Shown here: piece by piece, positions 1 through 9,916 of the stretch | How positions within the stretch are numbered: position 1 is the first letter of the stretch | How the letters are laid out: each line of letters opens with the position of its first letter | NCBI GenBank assembly: GCA_963667465.2 | Contig: CAXXDN010000002.1 | Span: 1 to 64,000, forward strand | Source: Dehalococcoidia bacterium | GTDB taxonomy: Bacteria > Chloroflexota > Dehalococcoidia > UBA2979 | DNA length: 64,000 nt | Reading direction: 5' to 3' | Position numbers and translations under genes: made by a program | Notes under the pieces: generated by a model | What the model was told of the DNA's origin: nothing | Seen by the model: only the letters and a program-made list of their open reading frames with translations | Database searches by the model: none

Positions 1-1
1 T

Positions 2-397
2 CGGGAGATCGAAAACTACCTCTGTTCCGGGGCCACCCTTGAGGAGTATGCGAGGGAATCGCGAGAGCGGGCAGCCGGCGGACCCCTTTTTGCCCCCATG
101 GAGGGGGCACAAGGACTCACCGCCATGCGTGAGGCAACCGAGGAGATCGAACGCGCCATGGCGACGCTCGGTCGAGGTTCACCCTGGGATCCCGACTCGA
201 AGGTCAGTGACGACTTCCTCACTCCGTTGTTCGCCGCGTATTTCAGGAAGCTCGGACTGCCGAACCTGATGAGCAAGAGCAGCTTCCACGAACTCGCCGG
301 GTACGTCCCCGAGGGAGAGATCGATCCTGAGATCACGGAGAAGCTTGACGCGATCGCGCGGACGGCTGCGGCCGCCAGACCCGCCGAGGACTGGTAG
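2..397 (+). CDS. C-terminal part of an AAA-ATPase/OLD-TOPRIM-like protein (truncated by window start)
   Basis: Frame is open from base 2 (REIENYLCSGATLEEY...) into ORF 98-397. REIENYL is typical of the C-terminal region of AAA_15/21-TOPRIM proteins. Confidence 0.5.
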   Translation, partial: REIENYLCSGATLEEYARESRERAAGGPLFAPMEGAQGLTAMREATEEIERAMATLGRGSPWDPDSKVSDDFLTPLFAAYFRKLGLPNLMSKSSFHELAGYVPEGEIDPEITEKLDAIARTAAAARPAEDW

Positions 398-403
398 CGC
401 CCG

Positions 404-2854
404 CTACTCCGGAGGATCCTCGCCGCTGATGCCGAGGCGCACGAGTTCCTCGTAGCTGGCGGCGTCGACGCCGGCGAGGCGGGCGAGCACCTCGGCGGAA
501 TGCTCGCCGAGGCAGGGCGCGGGCGCGGTCACGCGCAGCGGGGTCTCGGTGAGGCGGTAGGGGACGACGACGTAGGGCCAGACACCGGCCTCCGGATGAT
601 CGAGCTCGGCGACGACGCCGCGCTCGCGGAACGAGGGGTCCGCGGGCAGCTCGCCGGGATTCAGCACGGGCGCAGCCGGCAGCCCGGCGGCGGCGAGACG
701 GGCGGCCAGATCGGCGCGTGGCTGCGTGCGGGTCCACCCGGCGATGGCGGCGTCGAGGGCGTCCTCGTTGGCCTTGCGTGCGGCGTTGCTCGCGTAGCGC
801 GGGTCGCTCATCCAGTCGCGCCGGCCGGCGACCTCGCAGAGCCGCCACCACTGCGCGTCGTCCTCGGCGGCGAGGGCGATCCAGTGGTCCTCGCCGCTCG
901 CGGGGTAGACGCCGTGCGGCGCGTGGTCCGGGTGGCGGTTGCCCTGTGGCCCCGGCGTGCGCCCGGTCAGCTCGTGCTCCAGCGCCGCATCGCCGACCAG
1001 CGCGAGCGTCGCCTCCTGCATCGAGACGTCGATGTGCTGACCCTCGCCCGTGCGTCTGCGGTGTTCGAGCGCGGCGAGAATTGCCGTCGTCGCGGTCATC
1101 GCGGCGAGCGGGTCAGGGAAGGTCGCGCCGGAGTTGCGCGGCGGCCCGCCGGGGAAGCCGAGCAGCGAGGACATGCCGGAGGCCGGCTCGATCGTCCCGC
1201 CGTTGGAGGGGCGGTCGCGGTACGGCCCGCTCGCGCCGAAGCCGCTGATCGAGCACAGGATCACGTCCGGGCGCTCCTCGCGCAGCGCCTCGTAGCCGAT
1301 CCCGAGGCTGCCGAGGACGCGCGGCGTGAAGTTCTCGACGACGATGTCGGTCGAGCGCAGCAGCCGGCGGAGGAGCCGGATGCCCTCGGGCCGTTGCAGG
1401 TCCAGCGTGACGCCGAGCTGGTTGAGGTTGCCGGAGTTGAAGGAGGGGTGGCAGTTCCAGCCCCGGCGGGCCGTCGGGCGCTCCTGCAGGGCGCTGAGGA
1501 TCCGCATCTCGTAGCCGCCGCGCCAGGTGTCGGGCCGCCGCCGCGCCTCGATCTTGATCACCTCCGCCCCGAGCAGCGCGAGCTGCTGCGCGCAGTGCGC
1601 GCCCGCCCAGACCTGCGTCAGCGCCAGCGCCCGCAAGCCCTCGAGGGGCCTCGATCGCGCCTCGGCGGTCCGTGGCGGCGAGGGTGCGTCGCGCGTGCGC
1701 TCCTCGCTGGGCGCCGAGGCGCCGTCCGCGCCGGGTGCGGGCGCGGCGCGGCGCAGCCGGGTCGGCGTCGCCGAGAGCCGGGCGGCTGGGCCCGGCATAC
1801 GCGGTCCCCCGCCCTCGGGCCGCACGAAGAAGCCGCGCTCCTCGAGGTGCTCGTTCGTGGCGAGCTCCGCGGCGTCGAGCACCGGCCCGGCGGCGACGCG
1901 TGCCGTCGTCAGCGCCTCGAACAGCTCGAGCTTCTCGCGCGCGGCGACGCGCTCCCACACGGCGGGCGCCCACTCGTCCGCCAGGTCGAGGCGAGCCGCA
2001 CGGCTCTCGAAGCGCGCGTCCTCGGCCAGCTCGGGGAGCTCGAGGATGTGCAGCGCCAGCCGAAAGAAGTCGCTGCGGCCGAGCATGAGGTGGAAGTAGC
2101 CGTCGGCTGCGGGCAGTGGCCCCTGGAGCGGGTCGCGGAACCAGACGACGTTGCGCTGCTCGAGTTCGCCCTGGTACTGCGCATGCGAGGCCACCGAGGC
2201 GAACGTCGTCGCGAGGGCGTCCGTCTCCGCGAGGTCGACCAGCTGCCCTCGTCCGCTTGCCGCCCGCTCGCGCAGCGCCGCCAGCACCGCTGCCGCGCCG
2301 GTCAGCCCGGCGTAGAGAGAGGCTACATAACGCGCCCCCTTGAGCGGCGGCTCGGCTCGCCCGTTGATCGCCGCCCAGCCGGATCGCGCGAACGCCGTGA
2401 GGTCGTTGCCCGGCTGGCCCGCACGCGGTCCGGTCAGCCCGTGTGCCGTCAGCGCCGCGAGGATCAGCCCGGGCCGCTCGTTGCGCAGCTCCTCGAAGCT
2501 CGCGCCCGCGTCCTCGAGGACTCCGGGCGCGTGGCTCTCCAGCACCACGTCGCTGTCCGCGGCGAGGCGCCGCAGCGCGTCGCGGCCGGCCTCGATCGCG
2601 AGGTCGAGGACCATCGAGTGCTGGTTGGCGAGCGCGTAGGCGGCGGGGATGCTCTCGCCCTCGGGACTGTGGGGACCGAGGCTCCGCAGCGCCGCTCCGC
2701 CGGGCGGCTCGACGATCGTCGTGTCCGCGCCATAGTCGGCGAGCGTTCGCGCGCACCAGGCGGCCGCGAGCGTGCTTCCAAGATTGAGCACGCGCAGGCC
2801 GAACAGTGCCCCTGGCTGCCCGGACAATGCGCCGCCCTCGCCGGGTTGCGCCAT
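404..2854 (-). CDS. Tandem-domain class III CoA-transferase (CaiB/BaiF)
   Basis: Two CaiB repeats (LADYGADTTIVEPPGG; LALLGAEVIKIE...ENFTPRV...SISGFG...FPDPLAA...APCLGEH). Start placed at ATG 2854. Confidence 0.9.
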   Translation of the reverse strand: MAQPGEGGALSGQPGALFGLRVLNLGSTLAAAWCARTLADYGADTTIVEPPGGAALRSLGPHSPEGESIPAAYALANQHSMVLDLAIEAGRDALRRLAADSDVVLESHAPGVLEDAGASFEELRNERPGLILAALTAHGLTGPRAGQPGNDLTAFARSGWAAINGRAEPPLKGARYVASLYAGLTGAAAVLAALRERAASGRGQLVDLAETDALATTFASVASHAQYQGELEQRNVVWFRDPLQGPLPAADGYFHLMLGRSDFFRLALHILELPELAEDARFESRAARLDLADEWAPAVWERVAAREKLELFEALTTARVAAGPVLDAAELATNEHLEERGFFVRPEGGGPRMPGPAARLSATPTRLRRAAPAPGADGASAPSEERTRDAPSPPRTAEARSRPLEGLRALALTQVWAGAHCAQQLALLGAEVIKIEARRRPDTWRGGYEMRILSALQERPTARRGWNCHPSFNSGNLNQLGVTLDLQRPEGIRLLRRLLRSTDIVVENFTPRVLGSLGIGYEALREERPDVILCSISGFGASGPYRDRPSNGGTIEPASGMSSLLGFPGGPPRNSGATFPDPLAAMTATTAILAALEHRRRTGEGQHIDVSMQEATLALVGDAALEHELTGRTPGPQGNRHPDHAPHGVYPASGEDHWIALAAEDDAQWWRLCEVAGRRDWMSDPRYASNAARKANEDALDAAIAGWTRTQPRADLAARLAAAGLPAAPVLNPGELPADPSFRERGVVAELDHPEAGVWPYVVVPYRLTETPLRVTAPAPCLGEHSAEVLARLAGVDAASYEELVRLGISGEDPPE

Positions 2855-2873
2855 CGCCTCGATCGCTTCCCTG

Positions 2874-3992
2874 CTACTCGGCGAGCTGGACGGCGTCGAG
2901 GGCGTCCCAGGCCTCTTCCATGACGTCGAAGACCACCTGCCGGGTCGGCTTGATCTCGCGCACGAAGCCGACGCCCTGCCCGCCGGGCGTGCGAATCCAG
3001 TCACGGCGGTCCCAGTCTTCCGCGGCCTGGAGCAACTTGCCGACGAGCAGCCCCTGCAGCGGCATCGGCAGCGAGCGCGGCGCTTCCGGCTGCTCCCACG
3101 CCTCGACGAAGGAGTCGCGCAGCCCTCGGGCGCGCTTGCCGTCCAGCGCGGTCGTCACCCAGGCGTCCTGCGTGCGCGCGGCGACGACCTTCTGCTTTTG
3201 CCACGGCTCGAGGTGACCGTTCTCGTGCGTGGCCAGCCAGAGCGTGCCCGTCCAGACACCGACCGCGCCGAGGGAGAGCGCGGCCACGAGGTGCCGGCCC
3301 GTCGTCACACCTCCGGCGGCGACAATCGGCGTGTCGTACGCCCTCGCCAGCTCGGCGACCTCGGGGACGATCGAGAAGGTGCCGATGCGGCCGGTGTGTC
3401 CGCCGGAGTCCTGCCCCTGGGCGATGATCAGGTCGATCCCGGACTCCAGTTCGCGCGCCGCCTGGCGGCCGAGACCGATGAGGCCCCAGACCTTCACTCC
3501 GGCGTCGTGCATCTCGTCGAGCACGAAGGCGGGGCTGCCCATCCCCGATGCGAAGATCGGGATCTGCTCGTTCATGAACAGCTCGAGCTTGGCGCGCGTG
3601 TCCGCGAGGCTGCGCAGCCGCGTCGTGCCCCACGGCCCGGGCGTCTTCGGCTCCGGGATCCCGTGCTCGCGGATCAGATCCTCGACGAACTCGCGGTGGA
3701 CCTCGGGGATCTGCTCCTCCAGCTCCTCGCGGTTCCCCTGGACGTAGGAGGACGGGAGGGTGATGTCGCAGCCGAAGGGCCGGTCGCCGACGCGCTCCTT
3801 GATCCAGGCGAGGTCGGCGCGCAGCTCGTCCATCGTATGCGTGCTGCAGCCGAGCATCCCGATCGCGCCCGCGTTCGAGGCCGCCACGACCACGTCGCGC
3901 GTGTGCGAGAAGGCGACGATCGGGTACTCGCAGCCGTACTCCTCGCAGAGCCGGGTGTGCAATGGGTTCGCCTGACCGGAATTCGCAGTCAT
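2874..3992 (-). CDS. Nitronate monooxygenase-family flavin oxidoreductase
   Basis: YPIVAFSH, AQGQDSGGHTG, AAGGV, GVWTGTLWL motifs. Confidence 0.88.
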   Translation of the reverse strand: MTANSGQANPLHTRLCEEYGCEYPIVAFSHTRDVVVAASNAGAIGMLGCSTHTMDELRADLAWIKERVGDRPFGCDITLPSSYVQGNREELEEQIPEVHREFVEDLIREHGIPEPKTPGPWGTTRLRSLADTRAKLELFMNEQIPIFASGMGSPAFVLDEMHDAGVKVWGLIGLGRQAARELESGIDLIIAQGQDSGGHTGRIGTFSIVPEVAELARAYDTPIVAAGGVTTGRHLVAALSLGAVGVWTGTLWLATHENGHLEPWQKQKVVAARTQDAWVTTALDGKRARGLRDSFVEAWEQPEAPRSLPMPLQGLLVGKLLQAAEDWDRRDWIRTPGGQGVGFVREIKPTRQVVFDVMEEAWDALDAVQLAE

Positions 3993-4109
3993 CCTCGATA
4001 CCTCCGCCTCGATCAGCGGCCGCGCGGCGATGATAGCGCAGCGCCGCTCGCCGCCCGGCTATGATCACCGCGCGCTCCTCGCAGGGGCGCCGCTGAACGG
4101 AGGCGGACG

Positions 4110-4805
4110 CTGGTCGCCGAGATCTTCGAGACTCCGGACGCCGCCCTCGAGGGCATCGAGGATGGCGCGACCGTGATGGTCGGCGGCTTCGTTTCGGCGG
4201 GAACGCCGACGAATCTGATCCATGCGCTCAAGCGGCGCGGGACGCGCGGGCTGACGGCAATCGCCAACAACATCGGCTTCGGTGACCGCCTCGACGAGCT
4301 CTGCGAGCACGGTCAGATCGCCCATATGATCGCGTCCTTCGCGATCCGCGCCTCCGCCTCGAAGGGGAGCCTCTTCGAGGCGCAGTACCACCGCGGCGAG
4401 GTGACGCTCGAGCTGGTGCCGCAGGGCACGCTCGTCGAGCGCATCCGCGCGGGCGGCTCCGGTCTCGGCGGCGTGCTCACCCGCACCGGCCTCGGTACGA
4501 TCGTTGAGGAGGGCAAGCGGCGCATCGAGGTGCAGGGCGTGGACTACCTGCTCGAGACGCCGCTGCGCGCCGACGTCGCGCTGATCCAGGCGCACCGCGC
4601 GGACCGGCTCGGCAACCTCGTCTACCGGGCGTCCGGGCGCAACTTCAACCCGCTGATGGCGACCGCCGCCGACCTCGTGATCGCCGAAGTCTCCGAGATC
4701 GTCGAGACGGGCGAACTCGACCCCGAGACGGTCGGCACGCCCGCCGTCTATGTCGATCGCATCGTGCGCTGTGATCCGATCGAGGTTCGCCTGGAGGGCA
4801 TGTAG
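4110..4805 (+). CDS. 3-oxoacid CoA-transferase subunit A
   Basis: DGATVMVGGF...GTP, PQGTLVERIRAGGSG, ADRLGNL, NFNPLMA. Start uncertain (CTG 4110 after GGAGG, or GTG 4173). Confidence 0.88.
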   Translation: MVAEIFETPDAALEGIEDGATVMVGGFVSAGTPTNLIHALKRRGTRGLTAIANNIGFGDRLDELCEHGQIAHMIASFAIRASASKGSLFEAQYHRGEVTLELVPQGTLVERIRAGGSGLGGVLTRTGLGTIVEEGKRRIEVQGVDYLLETPLRADVALIQAHRADRLGNLVYRASGRNFNPLMATAADLVIAEVSEIVETGELDPETVGTPAVYVDRIVRCDPIEVRLEGM

Positions 4806-4806
4806 C

Positions 4807-5466
4807 GTGGCCGGACTGACTCGCGAGTTGATTGCGCTGCGCGTGGCCCGCGAGCTGCGCGACGGGATGGTCGTCAACCTTGGCATCGGCATCCCGACGC
4901 TGGTCTCGAACTACCTCCCGCCCGACCACGGCGTGCTGCTGCAGGCGGAGAACGGCATCCTCGGCTACGGCGCGATCCGCGATGACGGCGGCTTCGACCC
5001 GGCCTTGATCAACGCGGGCGGCCAGCCGATCGAGCTGCGTCCCGGTGCGAGCTTCTTTCACAGCGGCGACTCGTTCGCGATGATCCGCGGCGGGCACGTT
5101 GACGCCGCCATCCTCGGAGCGCTCGAGGTCTCAGCAAGCGGCGACCTGGCGAACTGGTCGATCCCGGAGCGGGGCGGCGGCAGCATCGGCGGCGGGATGG
5201 ACCTGGCCGTTGGCGTGCGGCGGCTGATCGTGGCGATGGAGCACACCACGCACGACGGCCGCCCGCGCATCCTCGAGCGCTGCTCCTACCCGCTGACGGC
5301 GAGCGCCTGCGTCGACCTGGTGGTCACGAACCTGGCGGTGATCGAGGTCACCGCGGACGGCCTGCTGCTGCGCGAGGTCGCGCCGGGCGTCACGCCGGAG
5401 GAGGTCGAGGCGGCGACAGCCACCCCTCTCGTCCGCGCCCCGGACCTGCGCGAGATGGCGCTGTAG
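4807..5466 (+). CDS. 3-oxoacid CoA-transferase subunit B
   Basis: VNLGIGIPT, QAENG catalytic Glu motif, SFAMIRGGH, GGGMDL; adjacent to subunit A. Confidence 0.92.
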   Translation: MAGLTRELIALRVARELRDGMVVNLGIGIPTLVSNYLPPDHGVLLQAENGILGYGAIRDDGGFDPALINAGGQPIELRPGASFFHSGDSFAMIRGGHVDAAILGALEVSASGDLANWSIPERGGGSIGGGMDLAVGVRRLIVAMEHTTHDGRPRILERCSYPLTASACVDLVVTNLAVIEVTADGLLLREVAPGVTPEEVEAATATPLVRAPDLREMAL

Positions 5467-5513
5467 CGGCCGCGCGAGCCAGCCACGCCCTACCCGGCGA
5501 GACTCTTCGGAAC

Positions 5514-5554
5514 CGTCATTCCGGTGAAAGCCGGAATTCAGGGGCGGTGGGTAG
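5514..5554 (+). repeat. REP-like palindromic element (CGTCATTCCGG-GAAA-CCGGAAT...GGTGGGTAG)
   Basis: Hairpin ATTCCGG/CCGGAAT; near-identical inverted copy at 22522-22563; both lie between convergent genes. Confidence 0.75.
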
Positions 5555-5615
5555 CCTGAATCGCGTCGAATCGGATCCCTGCGTTGCTCGACTCAGGGAG
5601 CTACGCAACGGTCTC

Positions 5616-7025
5616 TTACGGGAAGATGCCGAGGGCGAGGTAGTTCGTGGCGATGCGGTCGATGGCGATCAGGAAGGCGGCAGTGCGCAGGTCCGGCAGG
5701 TCACGCTCGCGCCAGGTCTCGTGCATCTCGCGGTAGGCCTCGGACATCGTCTCGGCCAGCGCGGTACGCACGAAGTCGATCTCGGAGGGGCCGCGCGTGA
5801 GATCGGCCAGGTCGTCGGGGCGGAAGCGCCTGCCGGCGAGCTGCTCGGTCGCCATCAGCAGGCGGCGCGTCGAGATCTCCTCGTAACGCTTGTGCATGCG
5901 GTCGAAGCTGACGTGCGAGAGGTTCTTGAGCCACTCGAAGTAGGAGACGGTGACGCCGCCCGCGTTGAGGTAGATATCCGGGATGAGCAGCGTGCCCCGC
6001 TCGGCGAGGATTGGCTCGGCGTCCGGGTAGACCGGACCGTTCGAGGCCTCGGCGATGATCTTCGCCTTGATGCGCCCGGCGTTCTCCGCGGTGATCACGC
6101 CCTCGATCGCGGCGGGGACCAGGATGTCGCAGTCCTGCTCGATTGTCTCGGCGGAGCTGGGAATCCAGGTCGCGCCAGGGAAGCCGTGCAGCGAGCCGGT
6201 CTCGGCGCGGTGCGTGAGCACCGCCTCGATCTCGAGCCCCTCCTCCGTGTGGAGCCCGCCCTCGTACTCGGCGACGCCGACGATGCGCGCTCCGCACTCC
6301 TGCAGGTGGAGTGCGGCGTTGGAGCCGACGTTGCCGAGGCCCTGCACGATCACGCGCTTGCCGGCGAGGCCGCGGGAGAGGCCGAGCGCCTTCACGTCCT
6401 CGGCGTGGTCGAGCGCCTCCATGATGCCGTCGCAGACGCCGAGGCCTGTCGCCTCGCTGCGGCCCGGGATGCCGTGGAGGGTGACGGGCTTGCCGGTGAC
6501 GCAGGCCCAGTGGTCGAGTTCGTTTGGTCGCAGGTGGCGGTAGGTGTCGACGATCCAGGCCATCTCCTCCTCTCCGCTCCCGTAGTCGGGGGCCGGTACG
6601 TCCACGCTGGGGCCGATGAAGTTCTTGCGCGTCAGCTCCGCCGTGTAGCGCCGGACCACGCGCCTGCGGACATCCCTGGGGCTGCGCGGGTCGAGCACGA
6701 TTGCGCCCTTCGCCCCGCCGAACGGCACCTCGACAAGGGCGCACTTGAAGCTCATCAGCGTCGCGAGGGCGACCACCTCGTCCGCGCTGACGTGCGGGCT
6801 GATGCGGATCCCGCCCTTGGTCGGCAAGCGGTGGTAGCTGTGCTCCGCGCGGTAGGCCTCGATGACCTCGACGTTCCCGTTGTCCATCTCGACGGGGAAG
6901 CGCAGGTGGTAGACGGCGTTGCAGTCCCGCATCTGCTGGATGAGCCCCGGCTCGTAGTCCGTGAAGCTCGCCGCCTGATCGAACTGGCGATAGACGGTGT
7001 CGAGGAGGCTCATTGCGTCGCTCAT
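5616..7025 (-). CDS. gdhA: Glu/Leu/Phe/Val dehydrogenase (glutamate dehydrogenase)
   Basis: KGGIR, PFGGAKG, DVPAPD, VTGKP, QGLGNVG, EASNGP, NAGGVTVSYFEW. Confidence 0.92.
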   Translation of the reverse strand: MSDAMSLLDTVYRQFDQAASFTDYEPGLIQQMRDCNAVYHLRFPVEMDNGNVEVIEAYRAEHSYHRLPTKGGIRISPHVSADEVVALATLMSFKCALVEVPFGGAKGAIVLDPRSPRDVRRRVVRRYTAELTRKNFIGPSVDVPAPDYGSGEEEMAWIVDTYRHLRPNELDHWACVTGKPVTLHGIPGRSEATGLGVCDGIMEALDHAEDVKALGLSRGLAGKRVIVQGLGNVGSNAALHLQECGARIVGVAEYEGGLHTEEGLEIEAVLTHRAETGSLHGFPGATWIPSSAETIEQDCDILVPAAIEGVITAENAGRIKAKIIAEASNGPVYPDAEPILAERGTLLIPDIYLNAGGVTVSYFEWLKNLSHVSFDRMHKRYEEISTRRLLMATEQLAGRRFRPDDLADLTRGPSEIDFVRTALAETMSEAYREMHETWRERDLPDLRTAAFLIAIDRIATNYLALGIFP

Positions 7026-7140
7026 CTCACGCCTCGTCTCAGCGCCGCGAGGCTGCCCGCGGCCGGGGGATCCAGTATCCGCCATCGGCGTGAACAGTGG
7101 TCGATCAGGAACTCGCCGCCCCGGTCCCGGCGGCGAGACG

Positions 7141-7584
7141 CTACTCCTCGGCGACGGGCTCCGCGCGGAAGACGGGGATCACGCGCTCCGTGCGCCCCTG
7201 GTACTCCTCGTAGGGCGGGTAGGCTGCGACGGCGATCTCCCAGAGGCGCGCACGCTCGTCCGCGTCCTCGATGAGTCGCGCGCGCATCCGCTGCACGCGC
7301 TCGCGGTCGCGAATCTCGACCTCCGGGTCGGCAAGCAGGTTGTAATACCAGAGCGGGTGCTTCGGCCCGCCGCCGACCGAGGCGACCAGCACGTAGCCGT
7401 CGCCGTCGGCGACTGTCATCAGCGGCACCTTGCGGATCGCGCCGGTCTTGTGACCGCGGCAGGTCACGATGATGCAGGGCATCCCGGTCTCGCGCAGCGT
7501 GGTGCCCTCGCGCCCAGCGCTGCCCTCGTAGGCCTCGACCTGTTCGGCGACCCAGTCGCGGGGGCTGGGGATGTACTCGCTCAT
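7141..7584 (-). CDS. Deazaflavin (F420)-dependent nitroreductase, Ddn family
   Basis: GHKTGAIRKVPL, VASVGGGPKHPLWYYNLLADP, YEEYQGRTERVIPV. Confidence 0.9.
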   Translation of the reverse strand: MSEYIPSPRDWVAEQVEAYEGSAGREGTTLRETGMPCIIVTCRGHKTGAIRKVPLMTVADGDGYVLVASVGGGPKHPLWYYNLLADPEVEIRDRERVQRMRARLIEDADERARLWEIAVAAYPPYEEYQGRTERVIPVFRAEPVAEE

Positions 7585-7586
7585 TG

Positions 7587-8426
7587 CTACCTCCTGATCG
7601 CGTCCTGCACGCCACTGCCGCTGCGTACGCTCGCGCTCGCCTCCCAGGGCGTGATCGAGGCGGGCTCGCTCTCGGCCACGATGTTCTGGGCGCGGGCGAG
7701 GATCAACTCGTCGAGATCGTGCTGCGGCAGGATATAGAAGCGGTTGTCGCGCAGCGCCTGCACCACCGCCGCGGCCACGTCCTCCGGCTGGATCGCCCCT
7801 CGATAGGCAGCGACGGCGCGCGGATCGTCGCTGCGGTCGGTGAGCGAGGTCTTCACGAACCACGGGCAGAGCGCGTGCGCGTGGACCTTCAGGTTGCGGC
7901 GGCGCAACTGCAGGTAGAGCGTCTCGCTGATGCTCACGACGGCGTGCTTGGCCGCCCCGTAGAGCAGACCCCCGGGGACGATCCCGGACATCGAGGAGGT
8001 ATTGACGACGTGTGCCTCCTCGTCCATCGCGATCATGCGCGGCACGAACGAGCGGATCCCGTTCACCACGCCGTACATGTTGAGGCCGAATACGAACTCC
8101 CACTGCTCCTGCGTGTTCTCCCAGATCGGGCCGCGGCTGTCACCGCTGCCCCCGGCGTTGCTGCTCAGTACATGGACGCGGCCGTGACGCTCGAAGGCCG
8201 TCTCCGCGAGGGCCTCGACGGAGTCCGCGTCCGTCACGTCGGCGACCACGCCGCTGGCGTCGCGGCCCGCCTCGCGCAGCTCCGCCACGAGGCGATCGAG
8301 GCCGGTGGCGTCGATGTCGGCGAGCACGACGCTCATGCCCTCGGCGGAGAAGCGGCGCGCGTAGGCGCGGCCCATGCCGCTCGCGGCGCCGGTGATGACG
8401 GCGACCTTGCCCTGGAAATCGTCCAT
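7587..8426 (-). CDS. Short-chain dehydrogenase/reductase
   Basis: TGAASGMG, SNAG, YGAAK. Confidence 0.9.
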   Translation of the reverse strand: MDDFQGKVAVITGAASGMGRAYARRFSAEGMSVVLADIDATGLDRLVAELREAGRDASGVVADVTDADSVEALAETAFERHGRVHVLSSNAGGSGDSRGPIWENTQEQWEFVFGLNMYGVVNGIRSFVPRMIAMDEEAHVVNTSSMSGIVPGGLLYGAAKHAVVSISETLYLQLRRRNLKVHAHALCPWFVKTSLTDRSDDPRAVAAYRGAIQPEDVAAAVVQALRDNRFYILPQHDLDELILARAQNIVAESEPASITPWEASASVRSGSGVQDAIRR

Positions 8427-8496
8427 CGCGCGTCCCCCGTGCGAGCCTCGCAGCGCCGTCTGCCCGCGACCTTAGCGCATCGAGGGCGCGCGCGAC

Positions 8497-9804
8497 TCAG
8501 ATGCGGAGCAGTTGCGGGCGCAGCAGGACCGCGCCGCTGGCGAAGACGACCAGTAGCGCGCCGGAAATCCCGACAGCGAGCTCCACACCGAGCGCCTCGG
8601 CGATCGCGCCCGCCGAGAGCAGGCCGAGCACGTTGAAGCCCCAGGGGAGGAACATCGCGCCGAGCACGCGGCCGTGGAAACGCGGCTCCACGATCCTCAG
8701 CAGGATCGCGTTGAGCATGATGTGCTGGCTGGAGAAGGTAAGCCCCGTCACCGCCAGCAGCCCCATCGTCAACGGCACCGAGGTGGAGGCGGCGTAGCCG
8801 ACGATCGCGAGGCCGAGCGTGAGCATCGAGGCGATGTAGGCCACGCCGGTGTGGCGGAAGTCGCGGTAGAAGGCGAGCAGTACCGCCGACGGCACCTGCC
8901 CGATGCCGATCGCCGCGCTGAGAATGCCAAGCAGCCTCGCGTCGCCATCGAAGACGTCCTTCGTCATCACCGGCAGCAGCGTGACGTACACCCAGGAGAC
9001 CGTGCCGGCGAGGATGGCGAGCGTCACGATGGCCCTCGCGTCACGGTGCCCGACGAGGTGCCGCAGGCCCTCCATCAGCTCGCGGTGCATGCGGCCGGCG
9101 GCCGCTCCGGGCGCGCGCTCCCGCACGACGCGTCCCGGAGTGCGGATCCGCAACGTGAAGACGATGATCATCAGACAAAGCACCGCGAAGGCGAGGAACG
9201 CGCCGCCCGCGCCGGTCTCGTCGAGCAGGATGCCGGCGAGCAGCGGGCCCACGACGCGCGAGACGCTCCCCTCGCTGGAGAGCATCGCCATCGCGTTCAC
9301 CAGCTGGCCGCGCGGCACCAGCATCGCGATGTAGGCCTGGCGGGCAGGCATCTCGATGATGATCAGCGCGCCGTTGCAGGCGGCGAGCACCAGCAGCAGC
9401 GGGTACGTCAGCTGTCCGCTGAAGGCGATCAGGGCCCCGGCGACCATCAGCACCGCCGAGAGCCCTCGCAGGATGATCATCAACTGGCGGCGGTCCATCG
9501 AGTCGGCGAGCACGCCGGCCGGCAGCGCCAGCACGACGAACGGCGCGAACCAGACAGCGCTGGCGAGCGTCACCCCGGATGGCGATCCGGTCAGCTCGAG
9601 CGCGACCCAGCCGACGGCCGTGATGCCGACCCAGAGCGAGCCGGAGAAGGTGAGTCCGCTAAGGAGGAACCAGCGGTAGTCGCGGCTGCGCAGCGGCCCC
9701 CACAGGGACGTGCTCGCCGTGGCGGACTCAACCGCCTCGGCGGCCGCGGGGGTCTCGGTTGGCGTGGCGTGGGCGTCGCTGTCCGTGGAGGGCTGCATCG
9801 CCAC
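8497..9804 (-). CDS. MFS transporter
   Basis: About 12 hydrophobic segments, GVLADSMDRR motif A. Confidence 0.88.
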   Translation of the reverse strand: MAMQPSTDSDAHATPTETPAAAEAVESATASTSLWGPLRSRDYRWFLLSGLTFSGSLWVGITAVGWVALELTGSPSGVTLASAVWFAPFVVLALPAGVLADSMDRRQLMIILRGLSAVLMVAGALIAFSGQLTYPLLLVLAACNGALIIIEMPARQAYIAMLVPRGQLVNAMAMLSSEGSVSRVVGPLLAGILLDETGAGGAFLAFAVLCLMIIVFTLRIRTPGRVVRERAPGAAAGRMHRELMEGLRHLVGHRDARAIVTLAILAGTVSWVYVTLLPVMTKDVFDGDARLLGILSAAIGIGQVPSAVLLAFYRDFRHTGVAYIASMLTLGLAIVGYAASTSVPLTMGLLAVTGLTFSSQHIMLNAILLRIVEPRFHGRVLGAMFLPWGFNVLGLLSAGAIAEALGVELAVGISGALLVVFASGAVLLRPQLLRI

Positions 9805-9916
9805 CTTGGGCCCTCTCGCCGCGCCGGCTCGCGATGCGCCTGAACGAGCGGCGCGGAGCCGCGGTGATCATAGCCGCCCGGCGGCGGAGGGGCTGCCGGG
9901 CAGTCGCTCCGGGCAG

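Noticed and set aside
404-2854. Fused double CaiB with a degenerate first active site
   Set aside because: A common, already known architecture.
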